From an uncultured delta proteobacterium (GTDB taxonomy: Bacteria > Desulfobacterota > Binatia > UBA9968): DNA of 64,000 nt. The translations under genes were made by a program, and so were the position numbers. The DNA lies in contig CAVTUQ010000004.1 of the NCBI GenBank assembly GCA_963737905.1, forward strand, positions 64,001 to 128,000. Direction: 5' to 3'. The first letter of the stretch is position 1. Each line of letters begins with the position of its first letter. Positions 21,030-33,129 of this stretch are shown here, piece by piece. The notes under the pieces were generated by a model. That model did not search any database, was not told the origin of the DNA, and worked only from the letters and a program-made list of their open reading frames with translations.

Positions 21030-22389
21030 TCAGGCCGGTCGGATATTCTGATTCAGGTGGAACAGATTAGCCGGGTCATACTTTGCTTTCAGCATTCGCA
21101 GGCGCTGGTAGTTCGGCCCGTAAGCTGCCGCGACGGCGTCTTCTCCATCATCGTCCCCCAGATAGTTTACGTAGCGCCCTGGCGTGAAGCTGGGCCGCAT
21201 GAAGTCATATGATTGCCGCGCCCACGCAATATTCGGAGCGTTGTCGGCCGGTTCGAGCCATTCGGAGACGACCAGAAAGTTATAGCCCTCGTGCCGGTGT
21301 GGGAACGCCGTCTCGCTCACGCCGACACGCGTCGCTGCGCCGTGGATGTGCTCCAGCACCAGGCCGCTCATCGGCGAGGGACATGCCGCGAACTGAGAAA
21401 CTAGCGTGTCGATGGCCCCATCGCTGAGTTCACCTATGAAATTGGATTTCCAGTAGTTAAGGGCGCCCCGAGGGAATCCGGCGTCCAGCATCCTATTCGT
21501 CTCCTCGTAGCTTGTTGGACCGATGGAATCCAGAATCGGCGTGCCGAACTTCTTAATCGGCTCAAGGGCAGCCTCCGCTTCGGCTAGAGGACCGCAGTGG
21601 CATAAAATGATCACGGCGATCTGAGCGCCGTCGGGCGCGTGCAGCAGCGCGCCGAAGATCGTGAGGTCGTCGGTAAGTCCCGCCAACGTGATTTCCCGGA
21701 AAAATTTCAGCACATCGCGAGCACGATCGAAAGGGTGAGCGATGAGGCCGCTTGTGACCGTCCCAACCGGATGTAAGCGGTACTCCAACCATGAGACAGC
21801 GCCGAAGTTACCGCCGCCGCCTTGAAGTCCCCAGAAGAGATCGGCGTTTTCCTCCTTGCTTGCCCGCACGATGTCACCCGAAGCAGTAACGACCTCCGCC
21901 GAAAGAATTGTCCATCGCCAGCCCATACTTGGCCATGAGCCACCCGAGGCCGCCACCGAGCGTCAAACCCGCGATGCCAGTCGTGGAGATCACGCCGCCG
22001 GTGGTCGCTAGCCCATGTGCCTGCGTTTCGCGGTTGAATTCACGCCAGGTCACTCCGCCCTGAGCGCACGCCGTGCGACGGACCGGATCAACGTGGATGC
22101 CCTTCATGAGCGACATGTCGAGCATCAGCCCATCGTCACAGACAGCCCGGCCGGCAACGTTATGACCGCCGCCGCGCACCGCCAATTCGAGTCCGTGAGT
22201 GCGCGCGAAGTTTACCGCGTCAACGATGTCAGCGTTACCGACGCAGCCGGCAATCAACGCAGGGTGCCGATCGATCATACCGTTGTGGACCCGCCGTACT
22301 TCATCGTACCCGGATTGATCGGGACGCAGGAGCACGCCGGAAAAGCGAGCGGACAGGTCAACGATACTGGCTTGATCGAGCGCAACCAT
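21030..22389 (-). CDS. FAD-linked oxidase (BBE family), frameshift near 21900; paralog of 8017-9400
   Basis: RGGGHN, GIAGLTLGGG, GGGGNFG, YVNY, KAKYDPANLF across two frames. Confidence 0.9.
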
Positions 22390-22531
22390 GAAATTCCTCC
22401 CAAAGACTTCTAGATAGTTGTGCCTTATAAATGTTCAATAGAACCACGGCTACAAAGCTTATCGGGTTGTTTCGAATTTTGGATTTCAAGTTTCGAGTTT
22501 TTTGTCCCTTCCGTCTCATACGGGTAGTGCC

Positions 22532-25500
22532 TTAACTCAACTGCTCAAGTTCCGCTTCCGCCTTTTCCAGCCACAATCCCATTTCTATCTCCCGCATCAT
22601 CGCGACGCCATTGGCGAGATGCATCTTCGCTTGCTCCAGATCACCTGTTCGCCGATGCAGTTTTCCCAAACCAACGTGGCAGTGAGCGATGAGCGGGCGC
22701 ATGCGAAGTTCATTGGCTAATGCCATCGCGTGATCATAATGATTTTCCGCCTTTGCCGTATCCGGAACATCGGCGTGCAAAAGACTCTCGCCGAGGACGT
22801 AAAGTGACAACGCTGCGTAGCCGCGATACCCTTGGGTCCGGGAAGATTCAAGCACCTGGTTAGCAAGCGAGGTGGCTTCTTCCAGTTTACCGACCAAAGG
22901 TAGCCCCGCGCCAACTGTACACGCGGCCAAACATTCCTAGCTCGCTCGTTGGTCAATTCCAACAGGGGTATCGCCTCGCCGACACGCCCAGCCGCAGCAA
23001 ATGCATTACCGAGAGCAACCGCCACTCGGGGAAGATTCTGACGGATGTCCCATAAGCGACAAACTTCCAGGCTCCGCTCTAGTAGCGGGATCGCCTTTTC
23101 CAAAGCGCCCTTCCTAAAATGCAGGCATCCGACCTCCAGATACGCAGTGTTTAGACTAAAAGGGTGATTGGCCACCTCGGCAATACGAATCGCTTCGTCG
23201 CCGTGAATAGCTGCTTCGCGAAACTCGCCAACTTCCGCCAGGCCCCATGTCAAATGACAGAGCGATCCAATCGACGCAACAAAGGCTAAGCCAAAGCGCT
23301 CGTAAATCTGATCGCCTACTATAGCATCGACATTCTTCTTAAAATGGTAAATAGCCAGATCAAAGTCACCGATCGATCGATGTGCCGACCCAAGAAAATG
23401 ATTTGCCTGAACCTGGAGGCTAAAATTGCCAATTGCTGAAGCGATCGCGAGGGCCCGTTCTCCCTTCTCAATAGCCTGAATGGGATCATCTCCCGCCTGC
23501 CCAAAGTAACCGGCCAAATAGGCTGAAATTTGCCCGAGCCGGCGTTGGTCATTCAAAGTCTCAGCGAGCACTTCCGCTTCGCGCATGCGTTCTAAAACTT
23601 TGGCTTGTTCTCCAAGAGGCTGGAGGGAGCTACGCATGTGGATACGAATATCTATAGCTTGCTCGATCATTTGACGGCTTTCGGGCAGATGCTTGGGCAC
23701 TTCAAGTGCCCGATCGAAATAGCTCACCGCTTCACGGTGCGCAGAGCGATCCGCCGCTTTGGCGCCGGCTTGCCGTAAGTAGGTCAACGCCTTCTCCCAC
23801 AGCTCGCCGTGGAAACGCGTGGTGCGCAAGCAGCTCAACCTGCTCGGCCAATCGATCTCCGTAGAGCCGTTCGATGGCTTCGACGATTCTGGCGTGCAGC
23901 GTGCGCCGCCGCTCTTGTAAGACACTGCCGTAAGCAACCTCGTGGGTCAGCGCATGTTTGAACGTGTATTCGAGATCGGGAAACAAGCGGGTCTCGTAAA
24001 CAAACTCGGCCGCTTGAAGATGACCGAGCTCGCGCCGGAGTTCTTCTCCGGATAATTCAGCGATGGCCTGAAGCAAGACAAACGGCACATCCTTGCCGAT
24101 CACCGACGCCGACTGAAGCAGACGCTTTTCATCGATTGACAGCCTATCGATGCGCGCGGCCAATACGGCGTGCACTGTCGCCGGTACCTTTGTAAGATCG
24201 AGCGAACCGGCGAGACTATATCGGCCTCGCTCGCCGACGAGAACTTTAGTTTCGACCAATGTCCGGACACTCTCCTCCAAGAAAAACGGATTGCCCTCGG
24301 TTCGCTCGATCAAGAGTTGCTTCAGCGGCTGCAAGTTCGCCTCGTCCCCCAACACCCCTCGGAGCAATTCCTCGGCACTCTCGGGTGGCAGCGGATCGAT
24401 CCGCAGCTGGCTATAATATGTTTTGTTCCCCCAGCCATGGCGGTATTCCGGGCGGTAATTCGCAAGGAGAAGAAGCGACGCAGTGGGCAAGCTATCGATC
24501 AGGCCGTCTAAGAAAGACTGAGTCTCCGAATCGATCCAATGCAGATCTTCGAACACCAAGATCACGGGTTGCACCTGGCTCTCGCGCAGCAGCAAACCTT
24601 TGATCGCGCCTAAAGTCCGCTGCCGGCGCTGGGACGGGTCTAGGTTCTGCCATTGTTGATCTTCAACCGCAACGTCTAACAATGACAGCAATGCCGGCAA
24701 CGCGGGCTCTAAAGTCTTATCCAATGTCAGTAACTTGCCGGTGACTTTCTCGCGGACATCGCGCTGAGTGTCACGATCCTGGATTTTGAAATACGCCTTC
24801 AGCAAATCAATTACAGGAAGGTAAGGCGTAGCTTTTCCGTAAGAAACTGAGCCCGATTCAAGGATCAAGCATCCCTCGGTACGATGCGAATGAGTGAACT
24901 CATAAAACAGTCGCGATTTCCCAACTCCAGGCTCACCCACCACGGCAACCACCTGACCATGCCCGGTTTGTGCTCGCTCTAGCGCTTTGCGCAGTTGCTC
25001 CGTCTCGGCGTCGCGCCCGACGAATCGTGTAAGTCCGCGCGCAACCGCTGCTTGCAAGCGGGAGCGCGCAGGTCCGGCACCACTGATCTCGTACACCTCC
25101 GCCGGTTCGCTCATCCCCTTCACATTAACCGGACCGATTGATTTCACTTGAACAAAGCCCTCGGCAAGGCCAAGGGTATCAGCAGTTATCAGAACCGACC
25201 CCGGCATCGCCATCTGCTCCATCCGAGCAGCCAAGTGCGTGGTCTGACCCACCGCTGTGTAATCCATCTTCAAGTCGCTCCCGATGGACCGCACAACGAC
25301 CTCGCCTGAGTTCAAACCAACTCTTATCTGGATAGGAATTCCCTCGGTCCGCCTTACTCCCTCAGCATACCTCTTAACCGACTCCTGCATCCTGAGCGCC
25401 GCATAGCATGCTCGGACAGCATGGTCTTCATGCGCCAGCGGCGCGCCAAACAGCGCCATAATGCCGTCGCCCATCACCTGATTGCCTGTGCCTTCGTAGC

Positions 25501-25873
25501 GATGAACTGCCTCCATCATGTGTTCGAGAATCGGATCGAGAAGCTTCCGCGTTTGCTCCGGGTCGCGGTCCGCAAGTAACTCCGTTGAGCCCTTCATATC
25601 AGCAAAAAGCACTGTGACTTGCTTGCGCTCGCCTTCGAGCGCGCTCTTCGACGTAAGAATCTTTTCGGCGAGGTGCTTGGGCGTGTAAGCTTCAGGAGAG
25701 TTAAACCGTACGAGAATAGGTCCGGCGACAGGATGCGCGCACTCGGGGCAAAACTTTGCGGTCGCGGAAAGCTGAGTGCCACAGTTCACGCAGCTGCGGG
25801 CCAGCGGAGCCGCACACTCCTCGCAGAACTTTGCTCCGGATGGATTTTCATGCTGGCAGCGAGAACACTTCAT
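22532..25873 (-). CDS. Second cyclase - AAA - TPR protein, at least 2 frameshifts (near 23815 and 22900)
   Basis: ORFs 23732-25873, 22717-23937 and 22532-22930 are consecutive parts; the N-terminal 700 aa are closely similar to 17449-20844. Confidence 0.88.
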
Positions 25874-26166
25874 TTAGGTTTCCCATCATCGGACTAAGAA
25901 GAGTGCGATCGACTTCAAATGTCTCATCCTCTGCCTTGCACTCAATCCTGAGTCCAAATCCCGCGAGTCCAGTAGAAAATCTCATGGCCCCTGGTCGGCA
26001 AGCTGGCGGTTTTTGCCTACCACTGTTTCGATTCATTGTCCACATCGGTTTCCTGCTCTTCCGAACTACGGGCAAGGGAGAATCGACTCGGCTGGTTTGA
26101 AGAAGAAGAACCGCCCTGGTATGAATCGTCGCGAATACCAAATGGTAGGCGCAGGAACAATCCTTT

Positions 26167-26421
26167 ATGGCAATGAAGAAAATCGCGATTTCGCTGCCTG
26201 AGCCTGTTCTGGAGCGAATCGATAAACTAGCGGCAAGCCGGGGCGAGTCCAGGAGCCACCTGATTGCGACGGTCCTAGACCGCGTGGCGCGCGCCAAACG
26301 CGATCGGGACGTAACGGCTCGAATTGATGCGCTCCTCGCCGATGAAATGATCGCAGCTGAGCAGAAGTCCACAGCGGACGAGTTTCTTCGGATGTCCCCA
26401 TGGCCCAGAGGGAAGTGGTAA
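26167..26421 (+). CDS. Ribbon-helix-helix antitoxin
   Basis: KKIAISLPEPVLERIDKLA...SRSHLI; overlaps the toxin start. Confidence 0.85.
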   Translation: MAMKKIAISLPEPVLERIDKLAASRGESRSHLIATVLDRVARAKRDRDVTARIDALLADEMIAAEQKSTADEFLRMSPWPRGKW

Positions 26422-26762
26422 TACACCAAGGTAACCTGTACTGGGTCGCCGTTGGCAGTGGCCGGGGTTCAGAACCCTGGGGCCGCAGGACAGCCCTGGT
26501 CTTACAACACGATCGATTTAACCAGAGTCGTCTGAATACAGTTGTAGTCGTCGCCATTACTTCTAACCTCCGCTACGCCTCACTGCCCGGTAATGTTCGC
26601 CTGCGGAAAGGCGAGGGAGACTTGCCAAAGACATGCGTGGCCAATGTCACGCAGATTCAGACTATCGACCGAGCCTATTTAATCCAGAAAATAGGAACTC
26701 TCCCTCGCCACCTGTTGCGGCGCGTTTGGGACGGAGTGCGGCTCGTGGCAGAAGTAGACTAA
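26415..26762 (+). CDS. PemK/MazF family toxin
   Basis: QGNLYWV, GSEP.GRR.ALVLQ, VVAITSN, NVTQIQTIDR. Confidence 0.92.
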   Translation: MVIHQGNLYWVAVGSGRGSEPWGRRTALVLQHDRFNQSRLNTVVVVAITSNLRYASLPGNVRLRKGEGDLPKTCVANVTQIQTIDRAYLIQKIGTLPRHLLRRVWDGVRLVAEVD

Positions 26763-26789
26763 TAAGCTCCAACTCGCATTGAGGACACT

Positions 26790-28634
26790 TCATGCCGAAG
26801 CCTCCAGCACGGGTAGGGAGAAGCTAAAAGTAGAACCCTCGCCTGGAGCGCTGGATACCGTGATCCGCCCGCCGTGCAGCTCAACTAGCAAGCGTGTGAT
26901 CACGAGCCCAAGCCCCGTGCCACCACCCACCTGGGGCGAGCGATCGTGGGCCCTGAAAAATTTAGTAAACAGTTGCGCCTGATCTTCGGGCGATAGGCCA
27001 ATGCCAGTGTCGCTGACGTCCACGCGCACAAACCCATCGTCGCGCCGGGCTCCAACCGTAATGCTGCCCTCCACCAGCGTGTACTTGTGGGCGTTGGAGA
27101 TAAGGTTCGTCAGGATCTGCGTCACGCGGTCTTGATCTGCCCACACAGTCGGTAGCGGCTCGACGAGGTCGAGGCTGAGCCGCTGCCGCTTGGTTTCGAT
27201 CAACGGGCGCAATGAGCCGGCGACCTCCGGGATCAGATGGGCGAGGTCCAGGTTCGTGCGGTGGAGATCGAGTCTGCCTGCCTCCATGCGCGAGAGGTCA
27301 AGGAGATCGTTGATCAGCCCCAGCAGCCGGTCCGCGTTCTTCTTGACCAGGGTCAGGCTCTCGCGCTGCTCCGCAGCGATCTGCTCGTCCTCGAGCAGCA
27401 GTTCGGCGTAGCCCTGAATCGAGGTGAGCGGCGTCCGCAGTTCGTGCGAAACCATCGAGACGAACTCGGTCTTCAACCGGTTCGCCTCCTGAATGGCCAC
27501 GTTCTGCTGTTCGAGCTGGTAATTTTTCTGGCGGAGTTCCTCCTCCAGAAGCCTCCGCTCATGCGCCCGGTCCAACGACTCGGCCATCTGGTCGAACGCG
27601 CCGGCGAGCTGGCCCAGCTCCCCCTACTCATGGGGAAGACCGGTGCGCACGCCCAACTCCCCAGCAGCGACTCGTTTCGTCGCTTCCACGAGTGCCTGAA
27701 TCTGGCGGACAATAAACAGGTTTCCACCCAACCAGGCTGCGGCGAGCGCGAGTCCAGCGACGAGCCCCAGCATCGCAAGATTGCGGGCGAGAATCTGGTT
27801 GACACCAGCAAAAGCGACAGCCGCCGGGATACCAACGCTCACGTACGCGTCCGCGTTTTGCGCAGCGCCGCCGAACGGAGCGAACGAAAAGAGCCTCGGG
27901 ATGCCGTCCGTGCCCGGAGCATCGGTCGTTCCATTACCCTTTTGAGTCTGAATGGCGTTCAAGACGACCGGCTCCGGCATGAGCTTGCCAACCCATTTGC
28001 CGTCGTCCGGGTAGCGCGACAGGATCCTGCCGTTGCGGTCCGTCACGGTGAGCATTGTTCCCTCCGGGAGTCCCGCTTGACTAGCCAGTTTGTTGAGCCA
28101 GGCCAAATCTAGAGCGGCGAAAACCACCGCTTGCACACGGCCCGCGTCGTCGAGCACAGGATAACCGAAATTGACGCTCGCTTTGTCGGTGAGGCGGCCG
28201 ATTTGATATTCGCCGATGGCGAAGTCACGGGTCTCGAAGGCGCGCCGAAAATAGACGCGGTCGCCAAGGTAGGCTTGGCCAGGAATGGCGGTGCAAAAGA
28301 TGTTGCCATCGGTGTCGATGACTCCCAGATTGGCGTACGACGAACGCTGCGCGAGCAGATCGACAAAGAGCGCGGTGCATGCGGCGCGATTAAGATCGCG
28401 CACGGCAGGCAGATGCGCCAGGGTCACCAGAAGCTGGCGCGCCTCCTCAATCAGCCGCTCGTAATCCGCAGAAACGAGGCGGGATAGCCGCATGGCGTGC
28501 TCATACACGAGCGCCTTTCTGAGCTGGCGCTCTTCCAGATTGGTGTAGAGCGCGAGCCCCAACGCCGGAATGACGGCGAGAAGAACGAGCAGCAAGAGCC
28601 GGGTCCGCAGACTTCCAAGAGAAAGTCGCGCCAT
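26790..28634 (-). CDS. Cache-HAMP sensor histidine kinase interrupted by an in-frame TAG (27624-27626)
   Basis: GLPHE-TAG-GELGQLAGAFDQMAESL continues the HAMP domain in frame; SHELRTPL H-box; NLISNAHKY, DTGIG, GTGLGL boxes. Confidence 0.88.
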
Positions 28635-28637
28635 GGT

Positions 28638-29978
28638 TCACCTGCCCTCTTGGCTAGCATGCTTTCGCCGCAGCCAAACGTGCACGCGCGCGCGAATGTG
28701 CGTCGGCTTGAATGGCTTGGTCACGTAGTCGGTGACCCCAGCCGCGAATCCCTCCGCTGTGTCCTCTGCCTCCACCTGCGCGGTCAGGAGCACGACAGGC
28801 ACGTCACGAAGATCCGGGTTTGACTCGGCGCGCAGGGCGCGGCACACCTCAAGCCCATTGCGGCCGGGCATGTTCCAGTCTAGCAGGAGAAGATCCGGGT
28901 GCTCGGCGCGGGCAATCTCCAGCGCCGCGTTCCCGTCGCTCGCCGACAACAGGCGGTAGCCCTCTGGCCGCAACGTCATCGTCAAAAGACGCAGGATGTC
29001 CGGGTCGTCGTCAACGAGCAAGATGGTTGCTGTCGAGGCGCCAACCCTTTTGGCAATGGCATCTTCCGGTCGCCTCTCAGTGCGTAGCGTGTCGGCCTCC
29101 CGCTCCGCCAACTCGATCGTCTGGCCCTCTGCGGCAGCAAAGACGTCGAGCCTGCCGGCGATGGCGCGCCGGCGACAGCTCTCCACTAGCCGGTCTAGCG
29201 CCGCGTCATCGCGGAGTGGATCATGGTGAAAGAGCGCCAGCCGCTTCACGTCCGCTGCAAGCGCAAAGTCTACGGCCAGCTCGGCCGGGCTGTGGCCCCA
29301 TGTCAGCTTGCTCGGGTACTCCTCCAGCGTGTACTGCGCGTCGTGGATGACGAGGTCAGCGCCGGCAAGGAATTCCACGTGCCGCTGGTCCTCACGATGA
29401 ACCGGAAGGATCTGAGTCGGATCGGCCACGTCGGGCTGGTGGCGCGAGTGCGGCTCGTGATCGGTAGCGTAGACCACTGTCACGCCGCCGGCTTCCAAGC
29501 GATAGCCCAGCGCAAGCCCGGGGTGATTCAGGTAACGGGCCGTGACCCGAACGGAGCCGATGTCAAAGGTACCCTCAGCAAGCTCGTGGTAGCGAATCGT
29601 GGCGTCGAGCTGGCCAAGCGTCACCGGGAAATATGTGTACTCCATCTGCCCGGCGAGAGTCTCCTCCAGGCGCTGCCCCAAACCCTGCGCCGCATACACG
29701 TCCCATTCGTTCCCCTGGATGAAGAGCGGCGCAAAAAAAGGAAAACCCTGGATGTGGTCCCAGTGCGTGTGAGTAAGCAGGAGATGACCGCGTATGGGAC
29801 GCTCGCCCGACGCCACCAGGCTGCGGCCGAGATCATGAGCACCGGTGCCGCAGTCCAGAATAATCAGCGTCCCGTCTGCGGCGCGCACCTCCACACAGGA
29901 GGTGTTACCTCCGTAGCGAATCGTGCTAGGCCCAGGCTTTGCCAGCGAGCCTCGCGTCCCCCAGAACCGAATTCGCAT
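28638..29978 (-). CDS. Metallo-beta-lactamase-fold hydrolase fused to a C-terminal receiver domain
   Basis: FWGTRGS, GGNTSC, THTHWDHIQG, WGHS, FHHDP; receiver LVDDD...LLDWNMP...TKPF. Confidence 0.92.
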   Translation of the reverse strand: MRIRFWGTRGSLAKPGPSTIRYGGNTSCVEVRAADGTLIILDCGTGAHDLGRSLVASGERPIRGHLLLTHTHWDHIQGFPFFAPLFIQGNEWDVYAAQGLGQRLEETLAGQMEYTYFPVTLGQLDATIRYHELAEGTFDIGSVRVTARYLNHPGLALGYRLEAGGVTVVYATDHEPHSRHQPDVADPTQILPVHREDQRHVEFLAGADLVIHDAQYTLEEYPSKLTWGHSPAELAVDFALAADVKRLALFHHDPLRDDAALDRLVESCRRRAIAGRLDVFAAAEGQTIELAEREADTLRTERRPEDAIAKRVGASTATILLVDDDPDILRLLTMTLRPEGYRLLSASDGNAALEIARAEHPDLLLLDWNMPGRNGLEVCRALRAESNPDLRDVPVVLLTAQVEAEDTAEGFAAGVTDYVTKPFKPTHIRARVHVWLRRKHASQEGR

Positions 29979-30131
29979 CGTTACTCCTTTTCACCTCTGC
30001 GGGACTAATTCCCCGCAACCTGTGTGTTAAACTCATTTCCTTTCCGAAGAGCGTCATTCCCGCATGCTTTAAGCGAGAATCCAGACGACACTCGACTCCC
30101 GACCCATTCGAACGAGGCTCAGGGTCGTGCC

Positions 30132-31148
30132 CTACTTCTCGTAGAGCCGTTTAACAAACCCGCTCGCTTCGATCTCCCGTGCGATCTTGGTGGCGACGAA
30201 TTGTTCTGGATCAGCGTTCTTCGCCGCCGGAACCGTGGGTGAGAGTTCTGTCAGAATCGTACGTATCCCTTCGAGAGTCGGAATCGGCAAAGCGAGATAC
30301 TTGTCTGCGTAATTACGGTAGCTGTCTTCCAACACCTCGCGGTCGTCATTGCGGGTATATTTTTTCAATACCGTGAGCGCCGCCTCTTTATTGCGCTTGA
30401 AATCGTGGATCGCTTGGATGTAGGCGAGCATGAATTCTCTTACGAGCCCTTCGTTCTTCTGGATATAAGATTTCGTCGTGCCGATGGGCGCCATCGGATA
30501 ATCCAGCCCCAGGTCGGCGAGGTCACCCAGCTCGCGAAAGCCCGCTTTGCGCGCGATTAGCGACGCGGTGCCGCTCAGCACGCCAGCGTCGAGCATTTTG
30601 GTCTGCATGGCGCGGAGCGTGTCCTGGGTTGTGCCGATCTGCAAAATATTGACGTCTCGATCCGGATTGAGTCCCCATTTTTTTAACGCCAGTCGGACAG
30701 CGAAATCCGATGTGGCACCGTAGCGGCTGACGCCTAATTTTTTGCCTTTAAGTTGCGCCGGACTGGTAATCTCCGGCGCGCTAAAAACCTTGAAGATAAA
30801 GCCATTGATAGCGGCGGAAATAATGATCGTATCGGCCCCTTGCAACGCAGCTTGCACCAAACCGGAGCCTGAAAGCGATGCGATTTCGAGATCTCTGGCG
30901 ATCAGGGCGCGCAATGACACCGATCCGGTTCCCATGCCGACGAGTCGCACATCGAGGCCGCGCCTTTCGAATAGTTTGGTTTCCTTGGCGAACCACAAGG
31001 GCGCGATGGCGCCATCCGTAGAACCATAGCCGGCGATGACTTTGATGAGCGGCTTGGTCTCCGCCGCTAACGCAGTTGAAGCATGAGCAGTAAAAAATCC
31101 GGCGATCATCCCCGCAATCAACAGATGGATGCTTCCGCGGTTTTTCAT
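30132..31148 (-). CDS. ABC substrate-binding protein (NMT1/SsuA-like)
   Basis: Signal peptide; PLWFAKETKLFERRGLDV; LKGKKLGVSRYGATSD. Confidence 0.9.
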   Translation of the reverse strand: MKNRGSIHLLIAGMIAGFFTAHASTALAAETKPLIKVIAGYGSTDGAIAPLWFAKETKLFERRGLDVRLVGMGTGSVSLRALIARDLEIASLSGSGLVQAALQGADTIIISAAINGFIFKVFSAPEITSPAQLKGKKLGVSRYGATSDFAVRLALKKWGLNPDRDVNILQIGTTQDTLRAMQTKMLDAGVLSGTASLIARKAGFRELGDLADLGLDYPMAPIGTTKSYIQKNEGLVREFMLAYIQAIHDFKRNKEAALTVLKKYTRNDDREVLEDSYRNYADKYLALPIPTLEGIRTILTELSPTVPAAKNADPEQFVATKIAREIEASGFVKRLYEK

Positions 31149-31608
31149 GACACGATCTCTGTCACGACAGAACACGGTATCGAACTTGCGCCACGACGCC
31201 TCGACTTAGCTGGACTCCCGCGCGTCGCAAATCACCATCACCCCTCCCCTTTTGCGTCGAAACTATTCGTTGACGCGTTTGCTGTCAACTTGAACTAATC
31301 TGCATGTCAGGGAAGGAGGCTACCGTCCCCCGGATTGTAAAAGGGTGCCGAACGTTATGTGGCTTATTTGGAATCGATTACACAATTTTCCGGGTAAGAG
31401 TATGCCAAATGTTCCGAGGCCGGTCTTGATCACTACACAGATAACCGATCGCGTTAATTTTGCCAGGCTGATGATTGTGCCCGTGCCATGCTCAATCAAT
31501 CGCGTTGACTGAAGGACAAAAGAGTGTAGCTTCGTGATTGCTTCGAATCTTCGTGCGTTTGAAAAAAGTGCTCGACGGCGTTAGGTTCTGCGCGTCGGCT
31601 ACAACTCA

Positions 31609-32589
31609 ATGATGCAAACACTCTTCTTCCTTCTTAGTCTTTTCCTTCTGATGCTTTCGCCGGCGGCACATGAAGTCAAAGCGCAAAACCGCAAGGTGGT
31701 CATCGCTTATACTTCGATCTCGCCCAGCTACGCACCCGCCTGGATCGCCAAGGAAATGAAGATATTCGATAAGAACGGCATCACCGCAGATGTGGTCTAT
31801 GCCCGAGGCGGAGTGCTGGCGACACAGGCGCTGGTGGGCGGCGACGTGAACTTCATCGCCGCCGGTGTCGGCGCCGCCGTGGACGCGACCCTCGCCGGGG
31901 CCGACCTTGTGGTCGTGGCCAGCCCCTCGATTGGCTCCGAAACGATCCTGGTCGCTAGAAAAGGCATCACCAGTCCGGCAGATCTGAAGGGCAAGAAAGT
32001 CGCAGTGGGAAGCTTGGCCGGCCCCGCGTTGCTCACCCTGAAAATAATCTTGAAAAGCGTCGGCCTCAATTCCGAGGACGTCACTTATATCGTTACCGGT
32101 CCGACCGCATCCCGTTACGCGGCGCTCAATTCAGGCGTCGTTGACGCAACCTTGCTCACGCCACCGTTCACCCTTCACGCAAAAAAAGCCGGATATACTC
32201 TTTTCGATAATATCGGGGCGATGAAAGAGATCGAGTTCGCAAACGCATCGATTATCACGACGAGAAAATTCGCCCAGCAAGAACCCGCCCTGGTCGAGGC
32301 CGTTATCAAGTCGATCGTCGAAGCGCTGCACGTCTATAAGACCAACGCCGCCGAGACGCTGCCGATCTTGAGAAAATATTTGAAAATCCAAAATTCGGAC
32401 GAGCTGCAACATGTCTACAAGTTCTACGACTTGGTTGCGAAGCCGTACCCTTCCATCAAGAGCGTCAAACTGTTTTTCGATTGGTCGAAATATCCAAAAG
32501 CAAAGACGGCCGACCCGAAGCAATTTGTCGACCCCAGCTTCGTCGAAAAATTGGATCGGCAAGGCTTTATCGATTCACTCTATAAATAA
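31609..32589 (+). CDS. ABC substrate-binding protein (NMT1/SsuA-like)
   Basis: Signal peptide; PAWIAKEMKIFDKNGI; DLKGKKVAVG. Confidence 0.9.
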   Translation: MMQTLFFLLSLFLLMLSPAAHEVKAQNRKVVIAYTSISPSYAPAWIAKEMKIFDKNGITADVVYARGGVLATQALVGGDVNFIAAGVGAAVDATLAGADLVVVASPSIGSETILVARKGITSPADLKGKKVAVGSLAGPALLTLKIILKSVGLNSEDVTYIVTGPTASRYAALNSGVVDATLLTPPFTLHAKKAGYTLFDNIGAMKEIEFANASIITTRKFAQQEPALVEAVIKSIVEALHVYKTNAAETLPILRKYLKIQNSDELQHVYKFYDLVAKPYPSIKSVKLFFDWSKYPKAKTADPKQFVDPSFVEKLDRQGFIDSLYK

Positions 32590-32824
32590 GGGCGCTGCCG
32601 CGGGCGGCAATTGCATCCCAACCAGGATCTACTTCAGAGATTTTCCGAAGCTTTAACACCGGAGCATTAAGCCGCAGTAATGAGGCGGATTTTCTGTAAA
32701 CGAATTGAACCGACCGTAGCGGATGGAACCGACTTCAGCTATTGTCGCCCTAAGTTGTAAAGGTGTAAAACGTTATGTAGACTTAATAGATGGACATTAC
32801 TCCACAATAGGATTGAGTAAGACC

Positions 32825-33129
32825 ATGGAGAAAAAAACACTTAAGATTATCCAAGTGCCCATGGAAGACAGCAACTATTAAAACAGATCGATGCAACCGA
32901 AGGCCGCTCTCATTAGCACCGAGGACTTGGAGAGGCTCGAACGATTGTGAAGCAGAGAGACCGCGCAGCATTCATTCGTGAGGCTTGTCAGCAGCGCCTG
33001 AAAAGCCTGCATGCCAAGGAGCTCGATCGCTTGTACATACAAGGACACCAAAGCCGCCCGGAAAATCTCGACTGGGCTGAGAGCTCCGCCAAGTTGCTGT
33101 CCAAACGGCTGCCGAAAGAAAAGTGGTAA
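32825..33129 (+). pseudogene. RHH antitoxin, disrupted or mosaic
   Basis: MEKKTLKIIQVPMED / QLLKQIDA ... RAAFIREAC..., broken by frame changes and a short intervening segment; directly upstream of a PemK toxin. Confidence 0.6.

Noticed and set aside
27590-27626. Pyrrolysine at the kinase TAG
   Set aside because: Non-catalytic linker position, no pyl genes seen, and a single instance; a point mutation or error is simpler.
31150-31608. Possible riboswitch in the divergent intergenic region between two binding-protein genes
   Set aside because: No recognisable aptamer consensus; cannot be supported without a covariance-model search.
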